The notes: generated from the letters alone by a model not told the origin. Numbered from the stretch's first letter, positions 24,366 to 37,896 are shown. The stretch is DNA of 64,000 nt from Gnetum montanum (GCA_015680685.1 MNCI01003377.1:702708-766707), one strand, 5' to 3'. Numbers and translations are program-made.

Positions 24366-24588
24366 TCTTTTCAATTGTCTTAATACCATTAGAGGACCTA
24401 TTGTCTAATTTTTTTTAGTGTTCAATTTTGTGTCATGAACACCATAATTTGTAATTTTATTGATTTGTGCACCCAAGCACTTAGTCATATCATGTTAGTT
24501 TTGTTGTGTTATGTGCTAGTCAATAATTTCATGCTTTTCCAATTTTGTAAAGAACTTAAGGACAAGTTTTTATTCAATAGTGCAGGTA

Positions 24589-25462
24589 TGATGAGTTGTA
24601 GATTAGCCATGTTAATGAGGCCTCATTGACTAGGCCTCATTAACTAGGCTACATTGACTAGACCCCATCAATGCATCGTTTGATGCATTGATGTGGCCCT
24701 ATTAATGCAGGGTCTATTCTTGCCTATAAATATGTGTCAACCCATTGTGTTTAGGCATAATCTTATCATAGTTGTAGCGAAGCTCTTATAGTTTTTACAT
24801 TCAAAAATTGGAATATTTTCTTGAGTGCTCACAACAGAAGTCATTGAGTGTATGAATCTTTATTCGAGCATTGTTGTACTTGAGCATGACAATGTGTGTG
24901 GAAATAAAGATAAAATTTTTGATAAATGCATTTAATATTTTTAGTTATTTATTCAATGTTCTTCAATAATTAATCTAATTAAATAATTAAACAAGATACG
25001 CTAAATAGTGATTAAGTAAATACATAAGTACGATCACTTCAAGCATGCATATGATGTTTGGTAATCCCAATAGCCCTTAATCCTTGGTAGCCCAAAAACG
25101 TTATATGTGTTTAAGATGTGTATGGGAAGTGGGACCGAATACTTATGTTATAACTAATTGAACATTAGTTAGCTCATTAGATTAAAGTAGGTATTAAATT
25201 ACTTTATTCCCTATCCTATTTAGTTCAAGTACCAAAACCATAAAATATAAAATGATAAAAATCATGTGTCTCAATTACACTTAAACCATACCCTTAAGCT
25301 TTACAAGTGTAGTTGGGAAGACAATGAACGTCCTCAACATAAAGTTTACCTCCTAGAGAACTAGTGCATCAAAAACTATAGAGTCCATGGAATTCAACTG
25401 GATTGTGCATTAATGCTTTGTGATTCGTATGGTTGGGCATAGGGGTACCTCATCACTAATCA
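24589..25462 (+). repeat. 3' LTR
   Basis: Preceded by degenerate PPT (AGTGCAGGTA); direct repeat of 17824-18717. Confidence 0.9.
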
Positions 25463-27428
25463 ACTGTAATACTAACATCTTAGATTAAGAACAAGCTTCC
25501 TTCATTTTCTAGATCTCCTCCTACCAATTAAGTCATTGGGGAGATATCTACCTACCATAACATCTTGATGAGGATGAAAGGATTTTTCTTCTTTTTTTGT
25601 AATGTTCTTTATATGTTTTTCATTTTCTTTATATTTTACTTATTATTTTATATATTTTTATTTTCTTATTATTTTCATTTAGTATTAATTAAAATCTTTA
25701 ATTTTGTTTCATGGCTATGTGAACTTTGAAAATTGATAAACACAACTATTGAGTTATGATTTAATATTTAGATCAACTTTGTCTTTTGGTTATGCTCTCT
25801 ACTAATAATCTATCAGTTTTCTAGTGGTATCAAGTAGTGAGTTCATGACATCCACCCATTCCATCTATCTTATGTTAAGTTCTACATTATGAAAACATGA
25901 AGGTTCTTTTACATTAGAAGTAAAAGTAACATATGATCTTGTTATCTAATGAACTGGAAAAGGATTAAGTGAGAATGAAAAAGGGTGTGTGACCTCAAGG
26001 GGATTTTTTGTGTTCTTTTTCCAACTTCCTTTTAATGTTCTATGGCTTCTTATGGATATATCACTTTTACTATTGATCATAAAAGGAAGTATGTCTTTGT
26101 ACAATGGGGTTCATAATAAAAAGAGAAAAAAATTAAAATTCAAAGCATATCTCTTTGATAATCTCTTGGGCTATAAGCACTTGTTATGGGCTTGGGAAGG
26201 CATGTTACCCATGCCTAAAGGCATCCCTATAACTAAGGCCCTAACTACTTCTTTCTTCTCTTTCCTTCTTTTCCTAGAGTGATGGTGTTTCTTTGTGGTT
26301 GACATAGGCTTATGATGATATGAGAAAAGGAATACATCAATGCGAGATCACTATCATTGGAATGGACATGATCTAGACTTAGAATTGGATCAGCTTAATC
26401 ATGCATCTTACTAAGGATCCCATGCAACTGTGTTGGGGATTTTTCCTCTGTAATTCTCTTTCTATTATTTTCACACTCAATTTTTTCTCAACTTGCTACC
26501 TCATACCATGGTTAATTGATAGTCTTATTTTATATTTTGCATAATCATAAGATAATTATTTACATGGGTATGACGTTTACCTTAAACAACCATTCATCAT
26601 CCAGGATACCTATGGACTCTATATGATTAGATTATACAAGGGCATATTAGGCATAATCCTACTTTGTAGAGGACTCAATTGCATAACTTTTGATTTCCTT
26701 TAAGATCAACCCCCTAACCATGGACCTCATTATGATCTTAATCATCTTGATAGCTTGCACCATCTTATTTTTCTCTACTTTGGTATAAGAAACATCTTCC
26801 AATTACTTATCCTAGTATAAGGAACATCTTTCAATTACTCATTTAAAATTTCTTAATATCTTAAGTTAAAAAATATCTATGAATAACTATGTCAATGCAT
26901 CCTCATTAATGTAGCTACACTAGTCTATATAGCCTTGTCGATGTAGCATAAAAATCCTATATATCCACATGACACTTAGCTTATTTTTTACACCTTCATC
27001 CAAATAAATAACAAGTTTTGTAATTTTTTATAGCCTAGAGCCTTCCAAGAGCCATAACTTGATAACCAATTATCTGTTTTCACCTGTTCTTCGATCCTCA
27101 AGACACCATAGGTACACTTTACATCATGGGGGCCTCAAACACTACATTTAAAAAAAAAATTATAACTTTTTCAACATCTCATGAATATGATATTAAAATA
27201 ATAGTAAACTAATGATCATAAAAGTTAATATCAATACTCAACCTCCATTAAATCATGAATAAAATAATAATAAACTAATATCATTTGAGTGTGATCACTA
27301 AATAAGGACTTAACACTAAAATCCAAATTTTTGACTAATAAACTTAACCTAATTGAACAAATAAAGGTATCTAAATGAAATAAGATTATGTACAAATGGA
27401 TAACCTTTGATTATGTTTGTGATTACAA

Positions 27429-29052
27429 ATGGCACAAACATGAGGACCATAGGTAGAAGGGATGTCACATTCTATGGAGATATAATGACATGATGGAAGG
27501 GGAAAGCAACAACAACAACTATAACAACTCTAAGAGCAAGTATATAAGGACACTCATGCTACTAGATCCTTGCAGAAGGAGCTTGAGGTCAAATCTATCC
27601 ATTAGAATTACATAGCAGAGATGGGGCAATCTAGGCAGGATGAGATCTCAAGACCATGATCCAATCCTATGGCCATACTCATAAAGGTCTACTTGGAGAG
27701 GGTTCGCACTAAAGATATTTAGAGTTCCATCTTGCAAAAACTAAATTCTGAACATTTCATAGAGTTTGCACTAGAAGTCAAAATACAATTGCAAGAGTCT
27801 CCACTATGGTTCATTTTCTCCACCAATGGAGAACAGTATACAGGGAAAACCTATCTCTTCTAGAAAAATCAACAAGAAGATGTGAATGTTAAGATCAAAG
27901 ACATCATCATCTTCTACTTGGTTGAAGCAATAGTAGAGGCTTTAATGATATGTAAAAGGGAAGGGATAGCCCACTACTTCAATGATATGTTTCGCAAACC
28001 TTTTACTACATCATGGAAGGAGATGATGAAAGACAAGGTACCTACTAAGCTTTAAAAGAAGGAAAAATCACCACCACCATTACTTGAAGCATCATATATG
28101 ATGCTAGAAATGCTAGTAGCTATAGAACATATAAGGAGACTTAGAGGATAGTATCTATAATAACAATAAGTCTTAGAAGATGGTGGAGAATCTTTACTTT
28201 ACAGACTATGCATGAGCCATTTGAATGAGATCACAAGGATCATTAGCTAACTAGATGATGAGATGACTCTACTATTATTTTCATGGAGAAAATAAGCACC
28301 TGTTCACTCCAATCATAGTACCATAGAAGTCACTATATCCATACTAGGACAAGGATTTCTTGAAATTTTTGGAAATGGAATAGCCTTCTTTAGGATACTG
28401 GAAAAAGGTGAGGAAGCAAATGTCCTAGTTATGTCACATAAGAGCTAAGAGACATTAGTAGAGGTGGTGGTAGATAGAATTAAAGAAGCTTTAAGTATTC
28501 ATACATCATCTAGCCTTGATGTTGTTGCCATGGTAGATGTATAAGCATTAGCATGAGCAAGAAGCAAAAACATGAGTGTAGCTCAGTGCAAAAAAGTTTT
28601 GGAGCAATTGGTGGAAGCTAAATGACTAATTCTAGAAATCTTTGAACTCCTAGAAGATATTTTAGCTACCTAGTCATAATGGCTAGAGAAAAGGAGGAAT
28701 ATTTTAATCATGAATGCATAATTCAAGGAGGCCAACATCAATGATTGACAATTGGCCACTGAGATTGTAGAACTCAAAGCTTGATTATCAAACCTTGCCA
28801 TTCTTAAGCTAGAATTCACTAGGTATGAAGCTTTTCATCAACTACAGCATAGATGCCAAGAGGCCTAGAATGAAAATGGGATTATGATCATTGATGTGTC
28901 ACTATTGGAGGAAATGATAAATTCCTCTAGTCATGACCTTTAAAAAACTCACAAGGAAAATCTAGTGCTAATCCAAGATATTCATCATCTACAAAATGCT
29001 TAGTAATAGAAGGACTAGATGGTTAAATACATTTGTTGGTAGTCTAAATAGT
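27429..29052 (+). pseudogene. Host accessory ORF, 5' part (with internal deletion)
   Basis: Homologous to 21509 onward (ELEVKSI.RI.., LNSEHFIEFA.., MSHLNEITRII..); interrupted at 29053. Confidence 0.7.
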
Positions 29053-29532
29053 TGAAACAACCCAAAGAAAATTCATATCAAAGTCTTTGTAGTCAAAATG
29101 AACATTGTAATTTAATGGGAATTTGAAGACAGAGATACTTGTCTTGTTTTTCATCAAAAATCCTACCCCATGACCTTATTCTAGCAATGTTCTGACAATT
29201 TTTGATATCTAAAAGTGGGACTTATAGCCCACATACTAGAAATTTCACTTGTGCAAATGTGTAAAAATTCAAGATGCTAAACACATTACCAAATTTGGTA
29301 ACAAAGGTCAAAAACATTGGTGATACACAAGTTGCAAATTTGGTCCATGAAAATAGCACAAATGCCATCAAATTTGGTAGAAAAAGTCTCATGCATTTGT
29401 AGCTCATGTGTGGAAAATTTGGATATTGAAAATAGTCCAAATACATTGAAAAATATGGTAGGAAAGACCTCAAACATTGGTGGCCCATATGTTGTAGTTT
29501 TGGATGGTGAAAAGTGTCATATACATTAGTAT

Positions 29533-30550
29533 TGTCGATCAAGAATTTTGAAGGGGGGTTGAATAAGTTCCCCAAATAAAATTACACCTACCATACAAGA
29601 ACACCAAATTTTATGTGCTTCCCCAACTTGGGTATGTTCATACTCAAAGGGTAGAATCCTTGCACACCTCTAGGATTTGTTTCTCAATAAAATGTGGTTT
29701 GAAGGGCAGCACACCCTACACAAGCTTTGAGCTTTGCACAAAAGTGTTTCATCACTACAAAATAACTCAACCTTACAAGGTTTCAATAAGCTTATAATGT
29801 GGTTGTAAGGATCCCACAACCTTTACAAAATTGAGCTCTACTTCGGAGTGTTTTGACATTGCAAAACCACTCAACCTTGCAAGGTCCTAACAAGCTCAAT
29901 GTGGATGCCTTCTTGCAAGACGCACATCAACCCCTCAAGGCTACAAGAAAAAGAAAAGGACATAAGGAAAGATTGTAAGTAAATTTACAAGTCCTTGTAG
30001 TTGAAGCTCAATACAACATGCAACCAAGCAATTGATGTTCCAATGAAAAAGAAGAATACAATAGCATATAATAGATAATGATTAATATTTTGTGAATAAT
30101 GCTTACTCTATTTCCAAGATTTTGATATCTTCTTATAGCCTCAAAGTTTTCAAAAATCCCTTAAAAATTGTGCAATGGCTACCAAATGACTAGTTTATAC
30201 ATCTTCTTTAAATTTGGGACATATACTTGAGATTAGCCTCAATTTAGAAGAGATGTCTTGTTGAAAAATGCAACATCTTTTGTGGGATGTCTCTAGGGAG
30301 ACATCTATTCTAAGATAATGATGTCTACAATTTTTAGGAGATGTCTCCTTAACTTTTGGGCTCTATCTTCTAAGACTTTCTTCCATTAATTTACCTTCTT
30401 GCTAGTTCTTAGAGCATCTTCATTTGATTTGTAGCCTTTGTTTTTGTCCATGCTCATCTATGCTCTCATTTTTTCGATGTCTTGCAAACACATTATTCAC
30501 AACAAACATTCTATGTTCTCTTAAGGTTTTGACATACCAAAAGGTCAACA
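29533..30550 (-). mobile_element. Solo LTR, SIRE/Maximus-like Ty1/copia, inserted in the Tat 5' LTR
   Basis: TGTCGA...TCAACA ends, GAAGGGGGGTTGAATAAG (reverse of the SIRE ATTCACCCCCC motif), TSD AGTAT/AGGAT. The empty site GGTAT is visible in the partner LTR at ~60611. Confidence 0.8.
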
Positions 30551-31614
30551 AGGATTTCATGCCCAAAAAGTAAAAAATGTTGGTATATCACACATTGTAG
30601 ATTTTGGTGACCAAAAGCTTTCAAAATGTTGTAGGAAATGTTAGACATTTGGTAGAATTAGGCCAACAAAAAATAAGTGAATGAATGACCTATTTAAACC
30701 AAAGATTCCATCATTCTTAGGGTTTTGGATCATTTTGTATTTGGTTGAACTTGAGACTTTTGGAGTAATGCAAACATCTAAGAGTCAACAATCATTTTCA
30801 TCCAACATAGAACATCTGGATTAGAGAGAACCAATGGCAACCAAAATTTAGTCGTAGATCAAGTGCAGAAAGATAAGTGTAGATCTGGTGGCAAAACACA
30901 CCTAGCCATCTACATTAAATTTCAAAGATATTTTTGTATTCTTGGGCTTGCACAACCCATGATCTATATTTTCTGAACATTTGTTTCATAATATTCAATA
31001 CAAAGTTGCAGTTTCTTTCTTTTGTCATATCATTGCATGCATTTCTTTGTTCTTGGATTTAACATTTGAAACATCTTTTCATACATTTTTGCTTATTTTC
31101 ATCGCATCTGGTAATAGACTGTCCAAGTTTTCAAGTGATCAACAAGATCATTTGAGGTGCTTACAAGTCCTATCTGAGGGTCATGGATCTACAAGCTAAA
31201 TGATTTTGCTTTGGAATTTTCAATTCTTTCAATGTCAAATTTTCTAGTTGTTAGAATTTTTGATGCTAGAAAGAGGACCTCCACTTGAATTCTTCATCAA
31301 AATTTGTTTGTCTATTTTTGCTATGAAAAATTATATTTAGAAGTTTTTAAAGCCTAACATGTGGAACCATAACTAGTTTTTAGTCTAAAACAAAAATTTT
31401 TAATTATTGCTATTGCAGTGCAATGTATAGTGTTGTTGTAGATTCCTACACTTGGAAATCCAAAATTTAATTTTTGTTGCTATAGTGCATAATGTTGACT
31501 TAACTTTCTACATTTAGTAGATTGAAAAAAAGTTAGATTTTATTGTTTTAGTGCATAGCACCAGCCCTTTTCACACATTGGCAACTCAAGAATTTAATTT
31601 TTTACACTTGCAAT

Positions 31615-31950
31615 TTACACATTAAAGCTTCACACATTGGAGCTCTATATGTCATAGCTTTCACACATTGGAGCTCTACACCTTATAACTTTCACATGTT
31701 GAGCTTCACATGTTGGAACTCTTACCCATTCTAACTCTCACATGTTGAAGTTTCGCAAGCTAAAGCTTCATATGTTGAAACTATTACATGTTAGATTTCC
31801 ACAAGCTATAACTTTCACAAGCTACACTCTCACACGTTGGACGTTCCACATGTTAAGAGTCTCATACATTGGAAGTTCTAAGCCTTACAAGCTGAAGCTT
31901 CATAAGTTTAAGCTTCATAAGTTGTGAAGCCTCACACCTTTCAAGCTTAT
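31615..31950. repeat. ~15-16-bp degenerate tandem array in the Tat 5' UTR
   Basis: Repeated CACA(C/T)(A/G)TTG(G/A)AGCTT-type units. Confidence 0.75.
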
Positions 31951-32049
31951 ATGCTATGAGTCAAAGCTTGTTCAAACGAAAATGAAATAATCAAAAAACT
32001 TAAAACCTTACCATACCTAACCATTTAATTGGTTCCCTACATTTCATAT

Positions 32050-35000
32050 CCTTTGTGATGATTATCTTACCAAATAACATAGTACATATGGCATTTAACT
32101 AGGAAGCTATCCAAATTTATGATCCAAAGGATATGGTTGTAGTTGAGCATAGACAATCTCTTAGGTGGATGAGGCAAGAAGCAACTTACAATAACATAAA
32201 TGAGGAACATTAAAACTTCCTCTATGCTAAAATTCAATCTTGCTTGCTTATCCCTCATAGAAAGTTGGAATTAAAATATCAATTTGAGATAATTCATAAA
32301 AATGGAAAAAAATATATTCTCTCTTCCTATGACCAAATCGAACTAACTAATTTCCATACCTATATGTTGGTGCAATTAGTAGACCAAGATGAGGCAAGTA
32401 AGAAAGTTAGTTCGAACCAAATCCAAGGAGACTAGGATGATTTTGAGGCTGAGTATGAACCATATACATTCCTAAGGGATCTTATGCAATGATTTTCTCT
32501 AGAGGTACACCTATTTTAGTTATAAGTCAAGAACCTCTTATCTCTTCTACGAACTAAGCTCCTCAACCTACCTCCTTATTTACCTTCATGATCACCTCAA
32601 CACCTTTTGTAATGATAGACTAGTCTCAATAAGGTTCTCACTTTGCCTCATTCTTCACATCAATGTCCTTTGTAACTTAACCTTTTTCAATATGACCATC
32701 ACCAGTGGTATCTACCACACCATCTCCTTTTATCATCCTAGTGGATGTCTTTATGGGATCCCAGGCTTCACAAGCTTCTCATACTCCTGTTGTTTCCTTC
32801 ATCTCTCATGTTCCAACTCAAACATCTTTCTCTCTATTTAAACCTCCTACAATGGTAGTCACACAACCTCTCCCATCTATACCAATGCTCATTCTGTGGT
32901 CCCAAGCTATTCAATCTCCTCCTCAGCCATTGTACAAACACCATAGCCTATAGGGATGTCCCAAGCTTGAAGAAAGCCTTCCAAATAATCCCAAATCTTA
33001 TCGAAGAGCTGCAAAGGCTTAAAGTTAGCACAACACAAATGGTAAAGGTCATGGACTTCTACCAAGATGATCCCATAAGCCCTACCATTCCTCAAATAAA
33101 TTTACATGTAGGCATATCTATCCCAAGCTTTACCAAATACGATGGTGAAGGGGATCCTAATGCATACTTGGTTACCTTCTACTTTGAGTGTTTGTTGTTG
33201 TAAGCATGGCCTCATATAATACTACAAATGTTTCCTATGTCCCTTAAGGAAAAGGATTGTTATATTAGTATCAAACCTTGCCTATAGGTTCTATATCCTT
33301 CCTTGAGGATTTAATAAATCAATTTGTCAACTACTTGAGATATAACTTGAAGCTAAATACAACATTGAACCAACTTATGAAGGTAAAGTAGGGATCCCTT
33401 GAACCTATCTAAAGATTCATTTAGAAATGGAATTCAACGCTTAATAAGATTCTAGATCCTATCTTTCAAATTCACCTTTTGGCTATCTTTAAGGAAGTGG
33501 TAAATGACTTTATCAAGTCAAAGCTCTACTACTTAAACTCCCAATCATTGAGCCACCATTTTTGCAAACTAAGAACATTAAGGAAGTGTCTAAGGCTAGC
33601 AATGATCCAGCCTATGTGGCTTATAAAATTCAACATGTAAGAAGGGATAAGGAGAAAACTAAGAAAGAATAAAAAATCATGGTTGCACTAACAAAAGACT
33701 CAAAATGAGCAGAAAGATGGAGATCATCACCATGTAACACATCTTCTAACTCATCACAACCATCTACCTCCTATTCTCCTAATCAACCAAGATCAAATTT
33801 TGAGTAAAAAGACCAATTGAAGTAGACTAGGGTACCTATGAAGTCCTTTAAGCTCCTAGAATAGTTTCTTAAAGCTAACTGTATTCAACTTAAGCATCTA
33901 TTTTAGGAACCTTGTAAGAGGTATGATTGTCTTTGTGATGTAGCTAGAGAACCAACAATAGCAACCAAAGTTAATCCAAAACTACCAAAGTGCTTTAGAT
34001 TGGATAGGTTTTGCCACTATCATCAATTAGTTGCTCATGACATTGATTTTTACTTAGTCCTTAAGGATGACCTCTAGAAGATAATCAATAGTGGAGAGCT
34101 AGTATTGAATGAGCCCAACTCTCCGAACACCAATAATAGCTCTTACACCATAGCATCATTGATAATAATCAAATGGTTTGATCCTTCCAAATAATCATTT
34201 GCCATCAAAGTACCACTAGCTAGTACTTCACCTTAAAACACAAAGCCTAAAACTCCCTTCATCATTAGGGTATCACCAACTCTAGCCCTTAAGAAACTTT
34301 TCATCATACATGTTTCACCTTAATTGACATCAACCTCATAACCCAAACCATAAGTTACTAATCCTTCTAAGGTTAAGGAACCATTTGTTATCTAGGTTTC
34401 TTTGCCATTGACAGGTAAACTTATGATAACCTATGATCAAAGCTTACTTATTATGTTCAACAACTCAATGATTAACAAGAGATTATCACCACAAAGGTAA
34501 TAAAAAAAAACTTGTTGCAAAACCAAAAGCTATGCCCACTAAAGATCACCAACAATAAAAGGCTTGGAAGCAAGCTAACCCACTGAGAACTACACCAAGA
34601 TTAGCTACACCTATAAATAAGGAACCTAAGGCACACACATTTAAACCTAAGCTAAAAACTCTAGGAAGGATGGAGGAAATTAAGACCACCAAGGGTGAAA
34701 CATCACACACCAAGTAAAATAGTTTCCTCGTAATAATGGAACAAGCCAAACAATCCCTTAAACAAAAAAACATGTCCTTGAACCTGTATGACCTAGTCAT
34801 GATTTTTCCTACTCATAGAGACATGCTAGCTTAAGTGTTAACCTCTATTCTCGTGAGAAGACACATGCCTATCAACAAAGAGACACTTAGTTTCAACTTG
34901 ATCCTAGGAAGACCATGGTTACTAAAGCTTTAAGTAGTCTCATCTCCTATACATCAAGAGATTCACTTGCCATGTGAGAGTGATAAAATTGTCATTCATG

Positions 35001-35230
35001 GAGACAACACATTTCTACCATCTGTCAATAATGTCAACATTGACTGAGGTTCAGAGGTGAAGTTTCAAGATGAAATTCTTAATGCTCAAGCTAGGACCCA
35101 AAACAATGAGAATGTTAATAACATCAAATATACAACATTAAATGATCAACAAAAATATGTGTTGATTGCCATATCAAATGGGAGGAATGGTGAAACTATG
35201 ATCCTACAAAAGAAGCCCCTTGATCTATGA
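32050..35230 (+). pseudogene. Disrupted gag-protease of element A2
   Basis: MDFYQDDPISP..PSFTKYDGEGDPNAYL; FCHYHQLVAHDIDFYLVLK; FNLILGRPWL. The protease catalytic part is deleted relative to copy A. Confidence 0.8.
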
Positions 35231-36073
35231 GAGATCAAGTGATAGAACAATATTACACATCTTATCACCTCATTTATCAACAACCATTTTCTTACTTTTA
35301 TGACCTTATATCATGTTTCATTGTTTATTTTATCCTTATATGCTCTTTTGAGGGTATCCCATACTTGTTAGAAAAATGTGGCCAGCTTAAAACTAGCAAC
35401 ATGATAGATTACCAAGGCCTAAAACTAGGAACATGATGGATTGCTAGGGCTTAAAACTGGAAAATTTGTGGCCTCCCTTTTATCTCCCTTATGAGTACAT
35501 TTGGACATGTTAGCCTCATTGCATTATTTAAAGTTTTATCTTTGAAAGTTATGCCTCATTTTATATTTCCCATATTACCACCAAATTTTATTTTGTAACC
35601 TTGTTGTTCTAACTTGTAGCCTTTACACAAAGAGAATAAAACATAAAATATAAACTATAAAACATAACAACAAATTTTTTAAAACCATAACCATAACCAT
35701 AGTCACATTGTGTGACAATGACAAAAAAAAATGTTCATAGCCATAGTTGCACTATGCAACATACAACAATAAAAATAATAGATAGTCTTTAGGGTTATGG
35801 TACCCAAAAACAACTATAACAATATGAAAAAAACAACAACATATAACGTGTCTGAGAGTGGCCAAAATGAAGACATAGGAGAAAGAAGATCATCATCAAC
35901 ATCATTGCCAATGCTATCACCACCTTTAGCCGCAACTTGTGAACAATAAAAACATGTAACCATTGAACTGTGAATTAACTTTAAAATCAAAGTAAAATGT
36001 AAAAAAATTTAAAAAATAATTTTTTTGACAATTACTAACCAAAGAAACAAATGAATTATGTCCATATCCAAAG

Positions 36074-36313
36074 AAACCAAGACATGGAGATGTTCATGAT
36101 AAAGATGTTGATGATTCTCATGGTTTAAAAGAATTTGACTCTCAAAATCCTCCCATAAGTTGTCCATGTGATATTTTTGATAACTAAGGAACAAACCAAG
36201 ACATGGAGATGTTCATGATAAAGATGTTGATGATTCTCATGGTTTAAAAGAATTTGACTCTCAAAATCCTCCCATAAGTTGTCCATGTGATATTTTTGAT
36301 AACTAAGGAACAA
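36074..36313. repeat. Exact 119-bp tandem duplication
   Basis: AAACCAAGACATGG...AACTAAGGAAC starts at 36074 and again at 36193. Confidence 0.95.
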
Positions 36314-36404
36314 GTCCACGAGGGACTAAGAGACAAAAAAGAAAAAGAAAAAAAAAACTAGTGTTTTGAGAACAAGAGGTGGTAGAGTTGGTGAAAATGC
36401 TGCT

Positions 36405-36925
36405 ACAACTCATATATTTAAAAATCACTCTTAGAAAATTGCAAAGATCAACTAAGTCAAAGGAGCACATGAGAAGAGTTCAAGTTTTAAAATCTTTCTA
36501 TTGCTCTTGGTGCTTATGATTACTTCGATGGTGATTGGGGATGGAAAACTTACTCGTGTAATGTTAGTAATGTCTGCAATAAGTGGTCTCCAAGATCAGA
36601 TATCCAGCTTTACTCAAAATACAGTTTTGATAATCTCAATCGTGTTTTTGATGGGTTTGTTTAGCATTCAACAATTTGGAACAAGCAAAGTGAGCTTAAC
36701 ATCTGCATCAGTTCTTTCCATTTGATTTGCCTCCTTTAGCTTAATGGGAAATTACAATATTGTAACCTATGATATCACAGTTGTTAAGGCTTTAAATCCA
36801 CTATATATCATATCCTTTGCACAGAGAAATACATCAAAAGCATAAGCATGGACGTCTTTCAGGGGATGGATTATGTGCTTTGCATAACAGGTGCTGAGGC
36901 AATGTTTGCTGATTTTGGTCACTTT
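36405..36925 (+). pseudogene. KUP: Processed fragment of a KUP/HAK/KT potassium transporter (KUP12-like)
   Basis: LLLLVLMITSMVIGDGKLT..VMSAISGLQ..LFSIQQFGTSKV..VKALNPLYI..LCITGAEAMFADFGHF, with stops and frameshifts and no introns. Confidence 0.9.
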
Positions 36926-37329
36926 AATAAGGAGATCAACATGTATGATTTGGAGAACTTCCTTTGCCTGAGGAGGATCACCATTAAGTCACAAACCAAC
37001 AGATGGATCTTTTCCGACACCAGCTTGGGCATCATTGTTCTTGCTGAGGGCCATCCCATGAACCTTGGCTGTGCTACCGGGCACCCAAGTTTTGTGATGT
37101 CCTGCTCGTTCATCAACCAGGTCATTGCACAATTGGAACTGTGCAATGAGAGGAAGAATAGCAAGTATGAGAAGAAGATGTCTGTTCTGCCCAAGCAGTT
37201 GGATGAAAAAGTGCTGCTTTGCACCTTTCCAAGTTGGGTGCCAAAATAACCAAGTCGCCACTTGAGTAGGCTACTTACATTAATGTCCCAGTGGAGGATC
37301 CTTACAAAGTTGCTCACTACCATTACCAA
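36917..37329 (+). pseudogene. SAHH: C-terminal fragment of S-adenosyl-L-homocysteine hydrolase (adenosylhomocysteinase)
   Basis: GHFNKEINM..RITIKSQTNRWIF..IIVLAEGHPMNLGCATGHPSFVMSCSFINQVIAQLEL..KYEKKMSVLPKQLDEKV, then a frameshift and ALHLSKLGAKITK..YINVPVEDPYKVAHYHY; UTR-like sequence follows. Confidence 0.95.
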
Positions 37330-37896
37330 TTTAATTTTTCTTTTCCAGCTTCCTTTTGTTCTGCCCTGAGTTAGTGTCTAGTGTTTTCTTCTACTCAAAT
37401 GTGATGCTAACAGGCACATAATTAGCGGTTTATTGGCAACTACATAACATACACAAAATGCTCCACTACATCCCCTTTGCCATGCTTGCCACATAGGCCC
37501 ACACTTGTGCCCATTACAAAACCTCTATTGCTGTGCTCCTATTGCACCACCTGCCTTGCCACCGGCCTCGCCTTTTGCAGCCGCGGCTTATCACACGCTA
37601 CCTTGCCCTCCGCTGTCCCCCTCTGCTGCCACCCATGATGGCCTTTACACCAGCAATGTCATCCTCACCTGCTTATAAAACAAACCAAACCCTTGCCTGA
37701 TGTGGCCATTTTGTTGTCCGCTGCTATGCCTGCCATCTCACGCCTGGGCTGCCCAGGCCCGTCAATCCTGCACCTTTTGCCAGCCCGTACCATGCCTTGG
37801 TCTTGCTGCCACCGTGTCCCAAACCCTTGTGTCGCCACCAGACCTCTGCCTTGATATGGCCACTGCGTGCTGCTCTCTCCTGTGCTATCTTCTTAG

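Larger units (their letters stand above)
17824..25462 (+). mobile_element. Non-autonomous Athila-like element lacking most of gag-pol but retaining the accessory ORF
   Basis: LTRs at 17824-18717 and 24589-25462 (TGATGAG...CT(C/A)ATCA), tRNA-Asp PBS, TSD ACCAT/ACTGT (both derivable from ACCGT by CpG deamination). Host integrase reads through when it is removed. Confidence 0.9.

Noticed and set aside
36848-37249. 133-aa ORF as a functional gene
   Set aside because: The start is out of the KUP frame, upstream KUP has stops, SAHH lacks most of its catalytic and NAD-binding domains, and it frameshifts near the end.
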